Shown here: positions 18,075-28,129 of the stretch, one piece after another | Numbering within the stretch: the stretch's first letter is position 1 | Layout: each line of letters begins with the position of its first letter | NCBI GenBank assembly: GCA_031385045.1 | Contig: JANNBC010000013.1 | Coordinates: 32,001-96,000 of the forward strand | Length of the DNA: 64,000 bases | Source: a bacterium | GTDB taxonomy: Bacteria; Bdellovibrionota_C; UBA2361; CALJRW01 | Direction: 5' to 3' | Program-made: the position numbers and the translations under genes | The notes under the pieces: model-generated | The model's database searches: none | The model's input: the letters and a program-made list of their open reading frames with translations, nothing else | Told to the model about the DNA's origin: nothing

Positions 18075-18653
18075 ATGACTAATGTTACAGCAACTAAGAT
18101 TGCCCCACTACCGTTCCCAGAAAGCTTTCTCCTGCGATATTTGATTGCCCCGTATTATCTTAGTAAGTACGACTTAGCTTTTGCAAGTAGTGACTATGAG
18201 AAATTAACAAAGATTATTATTCGTCTAGTTAATGCTGCTGGCGCTGATAAGATTACTCAAAGAGTTAAAATAAAAAGAATCTATGGACTAGAAGAATCTT
18301 CCACTAACTGGTCTTTAGGAATGACCTTGGAGCATCTCGTTTTAGTGGGGGAAGGCTTTATGAAAATCATCCAACAACTAAACGATGATGGTAAATCTTC
18401 CGTGATTGCTAATCCTGCCTTAGTAAAACCACAAGGGGAAATTGCCGATCCTTTAGCCCTATTTACAGATCATATTCAGAAGTACAAAGATTTTATTGCT
18501 GGAATCAACTTCTCTAAAAATTCCACAAGCACTAATCTACATCCTTGGGTTGGAGAGCTTACCCAAAAAGATTGGCATAGTTTTACTGTAATCCATCTGC
18601 AAGTGCATCTTAGACAAATCAAAATAATTTTTGATCATCTAAAAGACAACTAA
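18075..18653 (+). CDS. DinB-like family protein
   Basis: WSLGMTLEHL, HPWVGELT..DW, HLQVHLRQI. Confidence 0.82.
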   Translation: MTNVTATKIAPLPFPESFLLRYLIAPYYLSKYDLAFASSDYEKLTKIIIRLVNAAGADKITQRVKIKRIYGLEESSTNWSLGMTLEHLVLVGEGFMKIIQQLNDDGKSSVIANPALVKPQGEIADPLALFTDHIQKYKDFIAGINFSKNSTSTNLHPWVGELTQKDWHSFTVIHLQVHLRQIKIIFDHLKDN

Positions 18654-18660
18654 AAGTTAA

Positions 18661-19536
18661 TTGGCTATGCTCTTAGTGATAAAAATACTTGGAATACTAC
18701 TAATTTTATTTCTTGCCTCCTGTTCTCGGATCAAAATCTATGCGGTGAATGTCCTAGCACTTTACCGCGGACAAACTCTCTATCGAGATTTAAGTTATGC
18801 CGCTTTGCCCAGACAAAAACTTAATGTCTATACTCCAAAAGAGAAGACTGAAGAGCTTCGCCCTGTAATCATATTTTTCTATGGCGGCGGATGGGAGACT
18901 GGCTCTAAAGACGATTATCGTTTTGTTGCGGAGCCATTTATTAGCAATGATTATGTTGTCGTAGTCCCTGACTATGCCAAATATCCTGAATTCAAATACC
19001 CAACTTTTGTAGAAGATGGGGCAAAGGCAGTTGCTTGGACTTATCAAAATATAAAACACTATGGTGGAGATCCAGAAAAAATAATCCTGATTGGTCATTC
19101 TGCTGGAGCACACCTAGCTGGATTATTAGCAACCAATCAAGACTATCTAGCAAACCTGAAAGTCCCTAAAGAAATCATTCGTGGCTTTGTTGGAATTTCA
19201 GGTGCCTATGATTTTATACCAGTAAAACAAAGTTATGTTGCCGTATTCTCTCCAATAGCTAAAAATCTTGCTAGTGGCATGCCAGCAACATACTTTAAAG
19301 ATCCAACTCTCCCCGTCTTATTAATCCACACACGACAAGACGAAGTTATCGATCTGGAAAATATTACTAGCATGCAAACTCAAGCTGAGGAATACAAACT
19401 AAACTTGGATGTTAGATATTACGACTCACTAACTCACATAGGTACAATTGCCGCCTTCTCTCTTCCACTCCGTTCAAAGTCTTCTCTACTATCAGATGTC
19501 CTCACTTTTTGTAAAAAGCAAACAAAAGAAATTTAA
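18661..19536 (+). CDS. Alpha/beta hydrolase (esterase), probable lipoprotein
   Basis: LASC lipobox, YGGGW oxyanion motif, GHSAG nucleophile, late D and H. Confidence 0.9.
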   Translation: MAMLLVIKILGILLILFLASCSRIKIYAVNVLALYRGQTLYRDLSYAALPRQKLNVYTPKEKTEELRPVIIFFYGGGWETGSKDDYRFVAEPFISNDYVVVVPDYAKYPEFKYPTFVEDGAKAVAWTYQNIKHYGGDPEKIILIGHSAGAHLAGLLATNQDYLANLKVPKEIIRGFVGISGAYDFIPVKQSYVAVFSPIAKNLASGMPATYFKDPTLPVLLIHTRQDEVIDLENITSMQTQAEEYKLNLDVRYYDSLTHIGTIAAFSLPLRSKSSLLSDVLTFCKKQTKEI

Positions 19537-19692
19537 TTTCTATATCAGACATCTCGAATAGCTATTCTAGAAGTTTATCTTGTGACCAGCATTACTAGAG
19601 CAGAATTTTATTGAACTTAATTATTTTCAAGTAATTTATAATAAAATAGCGTACACTGGTAAGTTGAGATCTTTATTATTAAACAAGTACCT

Positions 19693-20157
19693 ATGGAACA
19701 AAGCAATATTTTTACTGAAATCCTTTTTGCTGGAACACTCTCAGGATTAGTAATCACTAGCCTAGTCACTTATATCTTTCATTTAATTTGGAAGAACTCG
19801 GGGTTCAATATTTCACCAGTCAAAGCTATTGGAGATGCCCTAGGAAATAAAGGCATTAAGAGTACAGGGGTTACTAGCTTGGTAGCTCACTTACTAATAG
19901 GTAGTATTTTAGGAGTTGTTTATTTCGCGTTACTATCTAAATTCAACCTCCCACCACTTCAGTCGATTCTAGCATCTACCGCAATTGGCTTTGGTCATGG
20001 GTTTGTTGTTGCCTTCCTAATTTTTAATAGTCTCAATGAGAAAGCAACAACAAAAGACGTCCGTGATTTCAGCCCAGCAATTAGTATTATCTACTTAGCG
20101 GCTCATGTAATTTTCGGACTAGTCATTGGAGCTCTTTACGCTAGCCTGATCGCTTAA
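19693..20157 (+). CDS. Hypothetical 4-TM membrane protein
   Basis: Four hydrophobic helices with intramembrane His (AHLLIG, GHGF, AHVIFG). Confidence 0.65.
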   Translation: MEQSNIFTEILFAGTLSGLVITSLVTYIFHLIWKNSGFNISPVKAIGDALGNKGIKSTGVTSLVAHLLIGSILGVVYFALLSKFNLPPLQSILASTAIGFGHGFVVAFLIFNSLNEKATTKDVRDFSPAISIIYLAAHVIFGLVIGALYASLIA

Positions 20158-20867
20158 AATCTAAATGTGAGATAAGCAGCAAGGGCTGTAATCCGACGAT
20201 CAGATTTATTTAAACGATCACTAGTCTCTACAAAGTATCCAACTTCAACTCTTGTTTTTTTATTATCCCAGTAAGGTCCAAAAAAGATTCGATTGCGATC
20301 GTAGCCAGACTTAACACTTGGCTTAACGGCATTTAGATTATAAAAATATTCATCATAAGCTGTTAAACCAACGACTGCTCCATCAGCCAAATCCATCAGT
20401 GGGTGAGAAACTCTAAGTAAATAGCGCAATCGATTAGCCTCTCCGTATACGCCCTCGATATAACGCTCTTCCAGACGTGCCCGATGATTAATCTGCCAAT
20501 TACCAAAAGTCTGATCATAAGTTACTTGTTGCCAAATGCGTTGCTCATCATTGAACTTATGGTTATACGCCGAATCCATAAAAAGCGGTGTCCAGGCATA
20601 CCCTAACCATAAAACAAGATTTGGCGCTAAGGCATAACCAACGGCCGGGCGAACTAATAAGCGCTCAGGATAACTAACATTGTCTCCAATCCTAGGTTGT
20701 AACTCTGCTGACCAACGCCAGTTAGAGCCTTCCTGAAACTTACCATTGGCCATAAAAGCTGACCAAAGCTGTGTATCATTCTCTGCCGACGCTAAGCTAC
20801 AAAAGCAAATGAACTGTAGAGCTAAAAAATAGCTAAAAAATAATTTTTGATAATTTTTTGTAAACAT
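20154..20867 (-). CDS. DUF2490 family outer-membrane beta-barrel protein
   Basis: Signal peptide, EQRIWQQ, HRARLEER, RLRY, AYDEYF, DRNR, C-terminal Phe. Confidence 0.85.
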   Translation of the reverse strand: MFTKNYQKLFFSYFLALQFICFCSLASAENDTQLWSAFMANGKFQEGSNWRWSAELQPRIGDNVSYPERLLVRPAVGYALAPNLVLWLGYAWTPLFMDSAYNHKFNDEQRIWQQVTYDQTFGNWQINHRARLEERYIEGVYGEANRLRYLLRVSHPLMDLADGAVVGLTAYDEYFYNLNAVKPSVKSGYDRNRIFFGPYWDNKKTRVEVGYFVETSDRLNKSDRRITALAAYLTFRF

Positions 20868-20878
20868 AAGTTTTACCC

Positions 20879-22168
20879 TTAAACTATATAATTATAAATC
20901 TTGAGTATTAGATCTGGCCCTAAGCCATTTACTAAAACAATAAAAATTAAAATAATTAGCGCCAGCTTTTCACGCAATTTTGGTTGAAATATTTTATTAT
21001 AAATTTGTAATGGATTTCCATAAAATGAATCTCCAAAAATTCGAAAGCAAGAATATCCATTTAAGGCTAAAGCAAAAACAAAGCACCCCGCCACCAACCA
21101 GTATTCCTGACTTAGATTATGAAGTAGAATTTCGATACTCATAAATCCTAACGTCCCAGGAAATCCAATTAAGGATAAAACACAGAAAAGAAAAGAAAGA
21201 CCAAATACCGGAAATGAGATCGCCAGGCCTGTTGCGGAATCTAAATTTTCTGGACCAATTCGATCTCGAAGCATAGCAATAATAATCACTAAACTACTAA
21301 TGCAAATGGAAGTATTAAAAAAATCCATAATCGAATGAATTTCGGAACCATGCTGCACCAACAGACCATTTAAAATAAAGAGCGGGACGTGCCACTGATA
21401 AAGGGAAGAAGCAATCCCACTCAACTTCCGCTCTCCAAATAAAATCAAAGCAGAATATAATAAATTAGCGGTTAGCATGATTAAAATAATCTTTGGATAT
21501 AAATGAAAGGCTGTAGTCATTAAAAAACCAAACTTGCACCAGAATACAAAACCAATATTCAAACGAATAATTGCCGCCAAGCCATATCTAGTTGGTGCTA
21601 AGAAAATTGGCTTAACCCAAAAATGAAACGGGAAAATTCCTACCATTAATGCCAAACTTAGGATGCCTAGAATAATTGTTGTTAGAGTTAAATGACTGGC
21701 AGAAGTCTGTAGCTGGCTAATAGTAAATAGACCATTAAAGACAGTCAGATTAACTAACAGCAAACTAAGTAAGCCAATGGCAATTAATGAAAAGCCACTA
21801 AATACTAAAAAGTAATGACTCTGCTTAATAGTTTGATAAACATCTTGTCGGCTAATTCGGATATGAAGTAACAGAGCGCAGGTAATAAAAAATATAAACA
21901 GCAGAAGACTGTCTGTTAATAAGCAAAAATTGATTAACAATTGCAGACAAAACCAACTATGCGAGAAGCGAAATTTAAAGATCCTAGAACCAAACGCTGA
22001 ATAGACCAGTGTCAACATCAAATTAAAGATCACTCCACAGAAGAGAGTTGGAGTCTGCAAAACTGCTTCCGAAATAAGTCCTAAATCTGTAGCATTTGGA
22101 TTACTAAATAACCAAACAAATAATGCCAAAAAGCAAATGCTGATTAAGGTATATAAATTTCTAATCAT
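20879..22168 (-). CDS. NuoM/MrpD-like proton-antiporter subunit associated with DAB
   Basis: GIFPFHFW and LSLIGFPGTLGFMSIE; polytopic; co-transcribed behind dabB. Confidence 0.8.
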   Translation of the reverse strand: MIRNLYTLISICFLALFVWLFSNPNATDLGLISEAVLQTPTLFCGVIFNLMLTLVYSAFGSRIFKFRFSHSWFCLQLLINFCLLTDSLLLFIFFITCALLLHIRISRQDVYQTIKQSHYFLVFSGFSLIAIGLLSLLLVNLTVFNGLFTISQLQTSASHLTLTTIILGILSLALMVGIFPFHFWVKPIFLAPTRYGLAAIIRLNIGFVFWCKFGFLMTTAFHLYPKIILIMLTANLLYSALILFGERKLSGIASSLYQWHVPLFILNGLLVQHGSEIHSIMDFFNTSICISSLVIIIAMLRDRIGPENLDSATGLAISFPVFGLSFLFCVLSLIGFPGTLGFMSIEILLHNLSQEYWLVAGCFVFALALNGYSCFRIFGDSFYGNPLQIYNKIFQPKLREKLALIILIFIVLVNGLGPDLILKIYNYIV

Positions 22169-22172
22169 TGCC

Positions 22173-23498
22173 TTACTTATGAATATTAAATTTTAGGAAG
22201 CGATAAAAAACTTTCTCAAACAAATGAAAAAGATATTCATTACAACGAAGATCAAAATATCTAAGCCCAGTAGAAGTTTTCTCAAGTAGATTTAAGACAC
22301 TCCATTTATCAGAAAAACTGGAGTAGTTCTCCCAAAAAACATAAGCATAGATTTTCTGCCAAAAAGTATTCCGCGCTGGAACCTTCTTCGGCTGATACTG
22401 ACCAATTGTATGCTGAAAAGCTTGATGATCATGCAGGAGTGAAGCAGCATTAAGCAGTTGGTATGTTCGCAGCAGTGCATGACCAATAAAGTGTACTAAA
22501 ACAATTGTCGTCCAGCCAAATCCAATCTCGATAAACATTACTCCTACCTGTGTCATGGCCGAAAATGCTAGCGTGCTTTTAGCATCACTTTGGATTTTGG
22601 CTAAAATCGATCCGTACAACACGGTTGTTAAGCCAACTAAAACTAACAAAACGGCAAACCAGACTGGACGACCAAGGCTTTCTGTAATCCTTAGTAGTAA
22701 ATAAATTCCAGCGTGCACCGATAGACCACCATAAAAAATAGCACTAGATGGGGTGGGACCTTCCATTGCTTTTGGCAACCAGTGACCAAAAGGAAACTGT
22801 GCCGACTTCCCCATCGCTGAAATCAAACACAAAATTAGGATTAAATTAATTGTTAGTGGCTGTTGAATACCACGCATATCTGTAAAACTTAAAATCCCTA
22901 AGTTAAGTACAATTAATGAAGCTAATAATAAACCAGTATCAGTAACGCGATATGCCCAAAAAGCCCGTAGGGAATTAGTAACAGTCTGCTTACGAAATGA
23001 GAAGAAGGCAATCAATAGAGCTGAAGTTAATCCTACAATTTCCCAGCCAATAAAAATTCCCGTTAAATTTCCAGACAGGACAATTAAATGCATCCCAAAA
23101 AGAAAAAAGTGATAAAGGACAAAGAATCTGAAATAACCAAGATCTCGATGCAGATACTTGGAAGCAAACACACCAACAATCGCGCCAAGTAAAACATTTA
23201 AACTGACAAAGGCTAGCGATAGATAATCAATTAAAAACTTAATCGAAATAGATTCCTGTCCAAAGTTTAGCAAATCAATACTAAGAAATTGCAGCTGTGA
23301 GTGACTATCTAATAAGAAGCGAAACCAAACAACACTGAGTGCAATGAACGATAAGGATTGAGAATAAAGAATAGTCTTAATAACTAATTTTTCACTAACC
23401 CTTCTCTGCACCAAGCGATCAATGACAATCACCAAAAGCGATAGAACTGGTAAAATAAAAATCAGCTGTGCTGCTAACTGTGAAATTAATTTAATCAT
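22173..23498 (-). CDS. dabB: Inorganic carbon transporter subunit DabB (NuoL-like)
   Basis: FIGWEIVGLTS, KSAQFPFGHWLPKAMEGPTPSSA, HAG, HALLRTYQLL; immediately downstream of dabA. Confidence 0.87.
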   Translation of the reverse strand: MIKLISQLAAQLIFILPVLSLLVIVIDRLVQRRVSEKLVIKTILYSQSLSFIALSVVWFRFLLDSHSQLQFLSIDLLNFGQESISIKFLIDYLSLAFVSLNVLLGAIVGVFASKYLHRDLGYFRFFVLYHFFLFGMHLIVLSGNLTGIFIGWEIVGLTSALLIAFFSFRKQTVTNSLRAFWAYRVTDTGLLLASLIVLNLGILSFTDMRGIQQPLTINLILILCLISAMGKSAQFPFGHWLPKAMEGPTPSSAIFYGGLSVHAGIYLLLRITESLGRPVWFAVLLVLVGLTTVLYGSILAKIQSDAKSTLAFSAMTQVGVMFIEIGFGWTTIVLVHFIGHALLRTYQLLNAASLLHDHQAFQHTIGQYQPKKVPARNTFWQKIYAYVFWENYSSFSDKWSVLNLLEKTSTGLRYFDLRCNEYLFHLFEKVFYRFLKFNIHK

Positions 23499-23503
23499 GA
23501 CTA

Positions 23504-26434
23504 CTACCTAATCCTTAAGAAATCTAAATTATCAGTTCTGGTAATAATCTTTTCTAAATAATTGTTACTAATTGGTAGGGTAATTAAATCAACTGGCTTC
23601 TCTCTAAAATTACCGTTAACATCATACTCTAAGAAAGTATTACTTAACTTATCCCAACAAACCAACCTCACCCAGTGCCCCCCAACCATTCGGCGAACCG
23701 TTGGGTCAGACTGAATTGCTTTTTGTAACTGTTCCAGCTGACAGCTAACAACCATTAGCAACCTAACTGGCTCGTGAATCTCAATCATTTGCTGTGGAAG
23801 TCCTGTTCGTAAATCACTACAAGTTCCATTCATTAAGCCCAACATGGAAACAATATTATGTGGTAGTTTCGATCCAGCTCCGTAAACTTCGTTATCAAGT
23901 GCTGAGAAGAAATATTCTAAGTTAATCCCACCACATACTGGAACAATCGCACGCATTATACCTGCTAGGATTTGTGCCTCAGCATCCTGAGTAGAATCAT
24001 AAGAAACTAAGAATGATCTTCGATCAAAGAATAGATTTTTTGTTTCCTCTCTTTTACCAACAAAGCACAAAGCATTTCCAGCATGCCCATATTCTGGCCG
24101 AGGCTCTGATAGAGTTTGAGACCGGGAATTCACTTCCTTAAAAGCAGCTAGTGGAGTTCGTACTGAAATTTGAGCAAAACGTCGACAACGCTCTAAGGAA
24201 TTATTCTGACAGGCCTGGACCATCAAATTTTTGATATCTGAAAATAGTTCTTGATGAGAGTCAGGAAGTAAATCTAGATCATAGTACTGAATCTGGTCAT
24301 TACATGTATTGTGATAAGCACCAATACAAAGAGTATCTTCTGGGATGATAATCCCAAAGCGATCCCGTAAGATTCTTCGAACAATTGGCTTATTAAACAT
24401 CATCGCAATCACGCGCGCATTCATTCGCCCTGGCCTACCACCGCAAGCTCCACAATCATACGCCGAGCGCAGGGGATTATTACGACTAGAAGATCCATGT
24501 CCATAAAAGACAACTAATCTACTAAAACCTTTAATCAGTCCAATTGTTTTTAAAACATTTGCGACACGCTCAGCCATTTCACCTTCGGTATAACCAAGAG
24601 TCTGATCATCTGCCTCTTCTAGGGAAGATATTTCAATTTCTAAATCTGAAAGTTCGGTTGTAAGCGATCCATCTAAATCAAAGAACTTACTAAAAGGTTT
24701 TCTGAGACGCGGAAAAAGAATACTAAAGAGCATCGGAAACAAAGAAAATATTCCGATAATTGTCATCAACCAGCCATGTAAAATTGAACCAGAGAAACGA
24801 GTTAAATAATTATTGAAATACAGATTAACAAATTGTCTTTTTTGCAGATTAAGTAAGCGATGACTGGCATCATCTTTTGGTTTTTGACGAACGATATGTG
24901 TTGGCTTAATTACAATTGGACAATATGGAGCATGTTCACCACTCATTGACTCATAAATAGCATCAATCCCAAAAAATCCAGCTGTCCCAAAAGTTTTGAT
25001 TGCTGGATTTAAGATCTCTAAATGCCGGCGGATTGACTCTTCCCGATCATCTAAACAAAAAACCATTTGTGCTAGTGCATCTGTTTCTGGAATTGAATTA
25101 TTAACATTAGATTTTAACGTTTTTAACGCTCGCTGATAAAGATTTTCTTCGTATGCTAAATGTAGAATTCTCTGTCTTTTAATTTTTGGATAAACTAAAA
25201 TCTGCTCAAGCAGATTTTCAAAATAATCCTGATTAGCAAAAACTGATAAGATATCTTTAGTATCTAAAACAACAGTGAATAAGTGATAAGCCAAGAAGAA
25301 AAGCTGATCGATTCGGCTCAGTGCCGCGCGGTTGGGTAGCTGTTGCTGAAGTAACAGTTCGCTAGAGCAAGATTTTCTAGCTAAATCTGATAACAGAATT
25401 CTTAAAGTCACATATTCCAATAAACTTGGTTTAATTTCTTGAGTTAATTCATGTAAATATTCTGGATTTTTCTCTGCAGAACAAATAAACCCAGCCCAAC
25501 CCTTAAGCGCTAGGACTTCGCTAAAAATTAACTCCTTGGCTTCACTTGAAGTTAATTCTTTTTTAGCCAATATTTCTAGTAATAAATCCTGCGGCTCAAC
25601 TCCACGGTAATAAGCAATATCTTTAGTAATCGGAGTTAGCCACTCTGGTAAGTATAGGTCTGACTTCTCCACAAGTGCGTAGAAAGATTTTAAAATACCC
25701 ACGGAGCGATTCGGCATCGAGATCGTAGCTTGTCCCAGATCTAGGTACTCTTCACAAAATCTAATCAAAAATGGATCAACTTTTTCCCTAACAATGGAGT
25801 CTTTATCAGCAAATTCAGAATGATAAGAAAGTTGCTTTGCAGCCACAGCCAGCAGACATCTTGTCCAGAGAGCCTCTTTGACTATTTCGCTTGGTATATT
25901 ATTTTTTAATGTTGCCTCAACTAAATTTCGTAATCCAATAGCAGCCTGCCGATTAATTTTTTCAAGGAATTTTGTTTCCGCCTGAAAAGTTTCTGAAGAC
26001 ACCCAAGTTTTAGCGTGGCTCACAACTTCAGAACTTACAGGTAAATGTAAATCTGATTCTCGTAGCAACCATTTAATTTGCTGAAAAGTTTTTGCTTCAG
26101 GAGTATTAACTAAAATACTTTTGATCAACACTAGGTTCTCTGGATCAACATTGGCATCATTTAAAACATAGTCCAAATCACTAGCAGAAATTCTTCCTTG
26201 TCGATAAAAATCAATATATTGATTTTCATCAAGATAAGCACGGGCATCAAAAATTCGCGCGCCTTCTTCTAAAGCTTCAAAGAATGATAAGTGCTCTAGT
26301 CCATGTAAAGTATTGTGATGGATGAAAACATCAATCGGCCCTTGGCTCGGTAACAATTCAGATAATTCTTCTAGGATCTGAGCAATAGTCTCAGAGCTTA
26401 GCTCCTCGTTTTTGTGATGAAATGGCATTAACAT
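23504..26434 (-). CDS. dabA: Inorganic carbon transporter subunit DabA (DUF2309/UPF0753)
   Basis: PSQGPIDVFIHHNTLH, FCLDDREESIRRHLE, GTAGFFG, GHGS, DCGACGG, RPEYGH, RRSFLVSYD, HEPVRL. Start moved from TTG 26497 to ATG 26434 (or 26428) because the extension overlaps an operator-like IR. Confidence 0.93.
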   Translation of the reverse strand: MLMPFHHKNEELSSETIAQILEELSELLPSQGPIDVFIHHNTLHGLEHLSFFEALEEGARIFDARAYLDENQYIDFYRQGRISASDLDYVLNDANVDPENLVLIKSILVNTPEAKTFQQIKWLLRESDLHLPVSSEVVSHAKTWVSSETFQAETKFLEKINRQAAIGLRNLVEATLKNNIPSEIVKEALWTRCLLAVAAKQLSYHSEFADKDSIVREKVDPFLIRFCEEYLDLGQATISMPNRSVGILKSFYALVEKSDLYLPEWLTPITKDIAYYRGVEPQDLLLEILAKKELTSSEAKELIFSEVLALKGWAGFICSAEKNPEYLHELTQEIKPSLLEYVTLRILLSDLARKSCSSELLLQQQLPNRAALSRIDQLFFLAYHLFTVVLDTKDILSVFANQDYFENLLEQILVYPKIKRQRILHLAYEENLYQRALKTLKSNVNNSIPETDALAQMVFCLDDREESIRRHLEILNPAIKTFGTAGFFGIDAIYESMSGEHAPYCPIVIKPTHIVRQKPKDDASHRLLNLQKRQFVNLYFNNYLTRFSGSILHGWLMTIIGIFSLFPMLFSILFPRLRKPFSKFFDLDGSLTTELSDLEIEISSLEEADDQTLGYTEGEMAERVANVLKTIGLIKGFSRLVVFYGHGSSSRNNPLRSAYDCGACGGRPGRMNARVIAMMFNKPIVRRILRDRFGIIIPEDTLCIGAYHNTCNDQIQYYDLDLLPDSHQELFSDIKNLMVQACQNNSLERCRRFAQISVRTPLAAFKEVNSRSQTLSEPRPEYGHAGNALCFVGKREETKNLFFDRRSFLVSYDSTQDAEAQILAGIMRAIVPVCGGINLEYFFSALDNEVYGAGSKLPHNIVSMLGLMNGTCSDLRTGLPQQMIEIHEPVRLLMVVSCQLEQLQKAIQSDPTVRRMVGGHWVRLVCWDKLSNTFLEYDVNGNFREKPVDLITLPISNNYLEKIITRTDNLDFLRIR

Positions 26435-26479
26435 AAATTTGTATATAATCTGATTAAGGGCAAGACTGTAAGTCAAAGG

Positions 26480-26520
26480 TTTAGTGACTAAATGCAATTT
26501 ATAAACATTTAGTCACTAAA
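26480..26520. promoter_or_regulatory. Twin palindromic operator-like sites upstream of dabA
   Basis: Perfect 15-bp IR TTTAGTGACTAAATG-N11-CATTTAGTCACTAAA; each arm contains the palindrome TTTAGT-N-ACTAAA. Confidence 0.6.
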
Positions 26521-26539
26521 TTATTATAGATCCTAAAGT

Positions 26540-28075
26540 TTACCCTGCTTTTTGAATCCTAGGGCTTCTGGCGATGTAGTTATTTAACTCCTGCATAAAC
26601 TCTTCATCGATAAATGAGCATTGTTGGCAGTCAATTACTACTGATTGATGAATTGTTAAGGCGTTTTCGGCAACTTTTTTAACTTTTGGAAAGTTTGTAA
26701 ACATCAACCCTTCAGTAAATGAAATTCGAGCCTGTTCCGAGTCACTCTCAATTACAAATTTTGGAGAGAAAACACTCTTAACAGAACGACACTTTAAACT
26801 TTCAAAAACTAAATAAAGTAAGAAGCCTCCAAATACTCCAGCTAGCAAATCAACCCCAACAGTAACAGCAAATGTTACAAAAAAGACTGCAAATGTGGAC
26901 TTCCCCTGATGCCAAGCATGCTTCCACTCAGGAATTGAGAAAAGACGATATCCAATCACAATTAAAATTGCAGCTAAAGCCGCAATTGGTAAATGATTCA
27001 AGATACCTGAGAAGAAAACTACAGCGACAAAAAGTAGGCCACCATGAATGAAGTTACTTCGGGAGCTTCTAGCTCCAAAATCGATATTTGCTTTACTACG
27101 ACCGATCTCTGAAATCATTGGAATACCACCAATCAGAGCAGCCAAACTATTAGCAAATCCGATTGCTATCAGATCTTTATTTAGATCAGCTTGCTCTTCC
27201 GGAGAGCGACTCTTGTTGATTGCCTTTACTGTTAACAAAGATTCGATACATCCGATTACTGAGAACAAAAAGATAAACTTCCAAGCAGTAAAGGTTGTTA
27301 GCGCACTCCAATTTGGAGTAACAAACCCTTGGGAAAGTGAATCTGGCAAATGAATCAAGAAGGAATCATTTAACTGATAGCTAGCACCAAAGAATTGATA
27401 TGAGTGGCTTTCACCCAAAGCAAACATAAAACTAGCTGTAATTGCTAAAAGCAACACGACCAAAGCACCAGGAATCTTAAAATACTTTTTTAACTTTGGA
27501 TTTAAGGAACAAACCATAACAGCAAGACTGACCAAGCCAATTATAGAAATTAATGGATTAGCTAAATGTAAGCTTTGGAAGAGATTACTGATTAACTCTA
27601 GAGGAGAATGACCGACGGCCTTCATCCCTAGTAAAAAGTAAGTCTGCTTTGCCATCACAATTAATCCGATAGCAGAAATCATGCCATGGACAACGGAAGC
27701 AGGAATGTAATCAATTAATTTTCCTAGCTTAAAGTAACCCATCATCACCTGGAATAAACCTGAAATGAGAGCCACTGCTAAAACAGCACGATAGCCAGCT
27801 AGTAGGTCACCACCAGCACCTAACTCGGTAACGCCTGCTAGAACAATAACAATTAGTCCCGCCGGAGCACCTTTAATTGAGAACTTAGCTCCACCAATAA
27901 ACCCTGTTAAGAGGCCACCAATAATTGAGGTAATAATACCTGCAATTGGCGGACAACCACTAGCCACGGCAATCGCCATACATAAAGGGAGAGTAATGAG
28001 AAAAACTAAAAAACCTGAGTTCAGATCCTTTACCATGTCACCGGAGCGACATTTAGAAAAAGTTGGAAAATGCAT
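26540..28075 (-). CDS. SulP/SLC26 family anion (probably bicarbonate) transporter
   Basis: DLNSGFLVFLITLPLCMAIAVASG, IESLLT, DLNKDL, GGIPMISEIGRS, short STAS-like tail. Confidence 0.92.
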   Translation of the reverse strand: MHFPTFSKCRSGDMVKDLNSGFLVFLITLPLCMAIAVASGCPPIAGIITSIIGGLLTGFIGGAKFSIKGAPAGLIVIVLAGVTELGAGGDLLAGYRAVLAVALISGLFQVMMGYFKLGKLIDYIPASVVHGMISAIGLIVMAKQTYFLLGMKAVGHSPLELISNLFQSLHLANPLISIIGLVSLAVMVCSLNPKLKKYFKIPGALVVLLLAITASFMFALGESHSYQFFGASYQLNDSFLIHLPDSLSQGFVTPNWSALTTFTAWKFIFLFSVIGCIESLLTVKAINKSRSPEEQADLNKDLIAIGFANSLAALIGGIPMISEIGRSKANIDFGARSSRSNFIHGGLLFVAVVFFSGILNHLPIAALAAILIVIGYRLFSIPEWKHAWHQGKSTFAVFFVTFAVTVGVDLLAGVFGGFLLYLVFESLKCRSVKSVFSPKFVIESDSEQARISFTEGLMFTNFPKVKKVAENALTIHQSVVIDCQQCSFIDEEFMQELNNYIARSPRIQKAG

Positions 28076-28129
28076 ATAAAAATATTTTGTTAAAGTTACT
28101 TATTAATTTCGATAGAAGACGCAAGAGTA

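Noticed and set aside
20879..23498. NuoL/NuoM as part of respiratory complex I
   Set aside because: No other nuo genes are present and they adjoin DUF2309, so they are DAB-type subunits.
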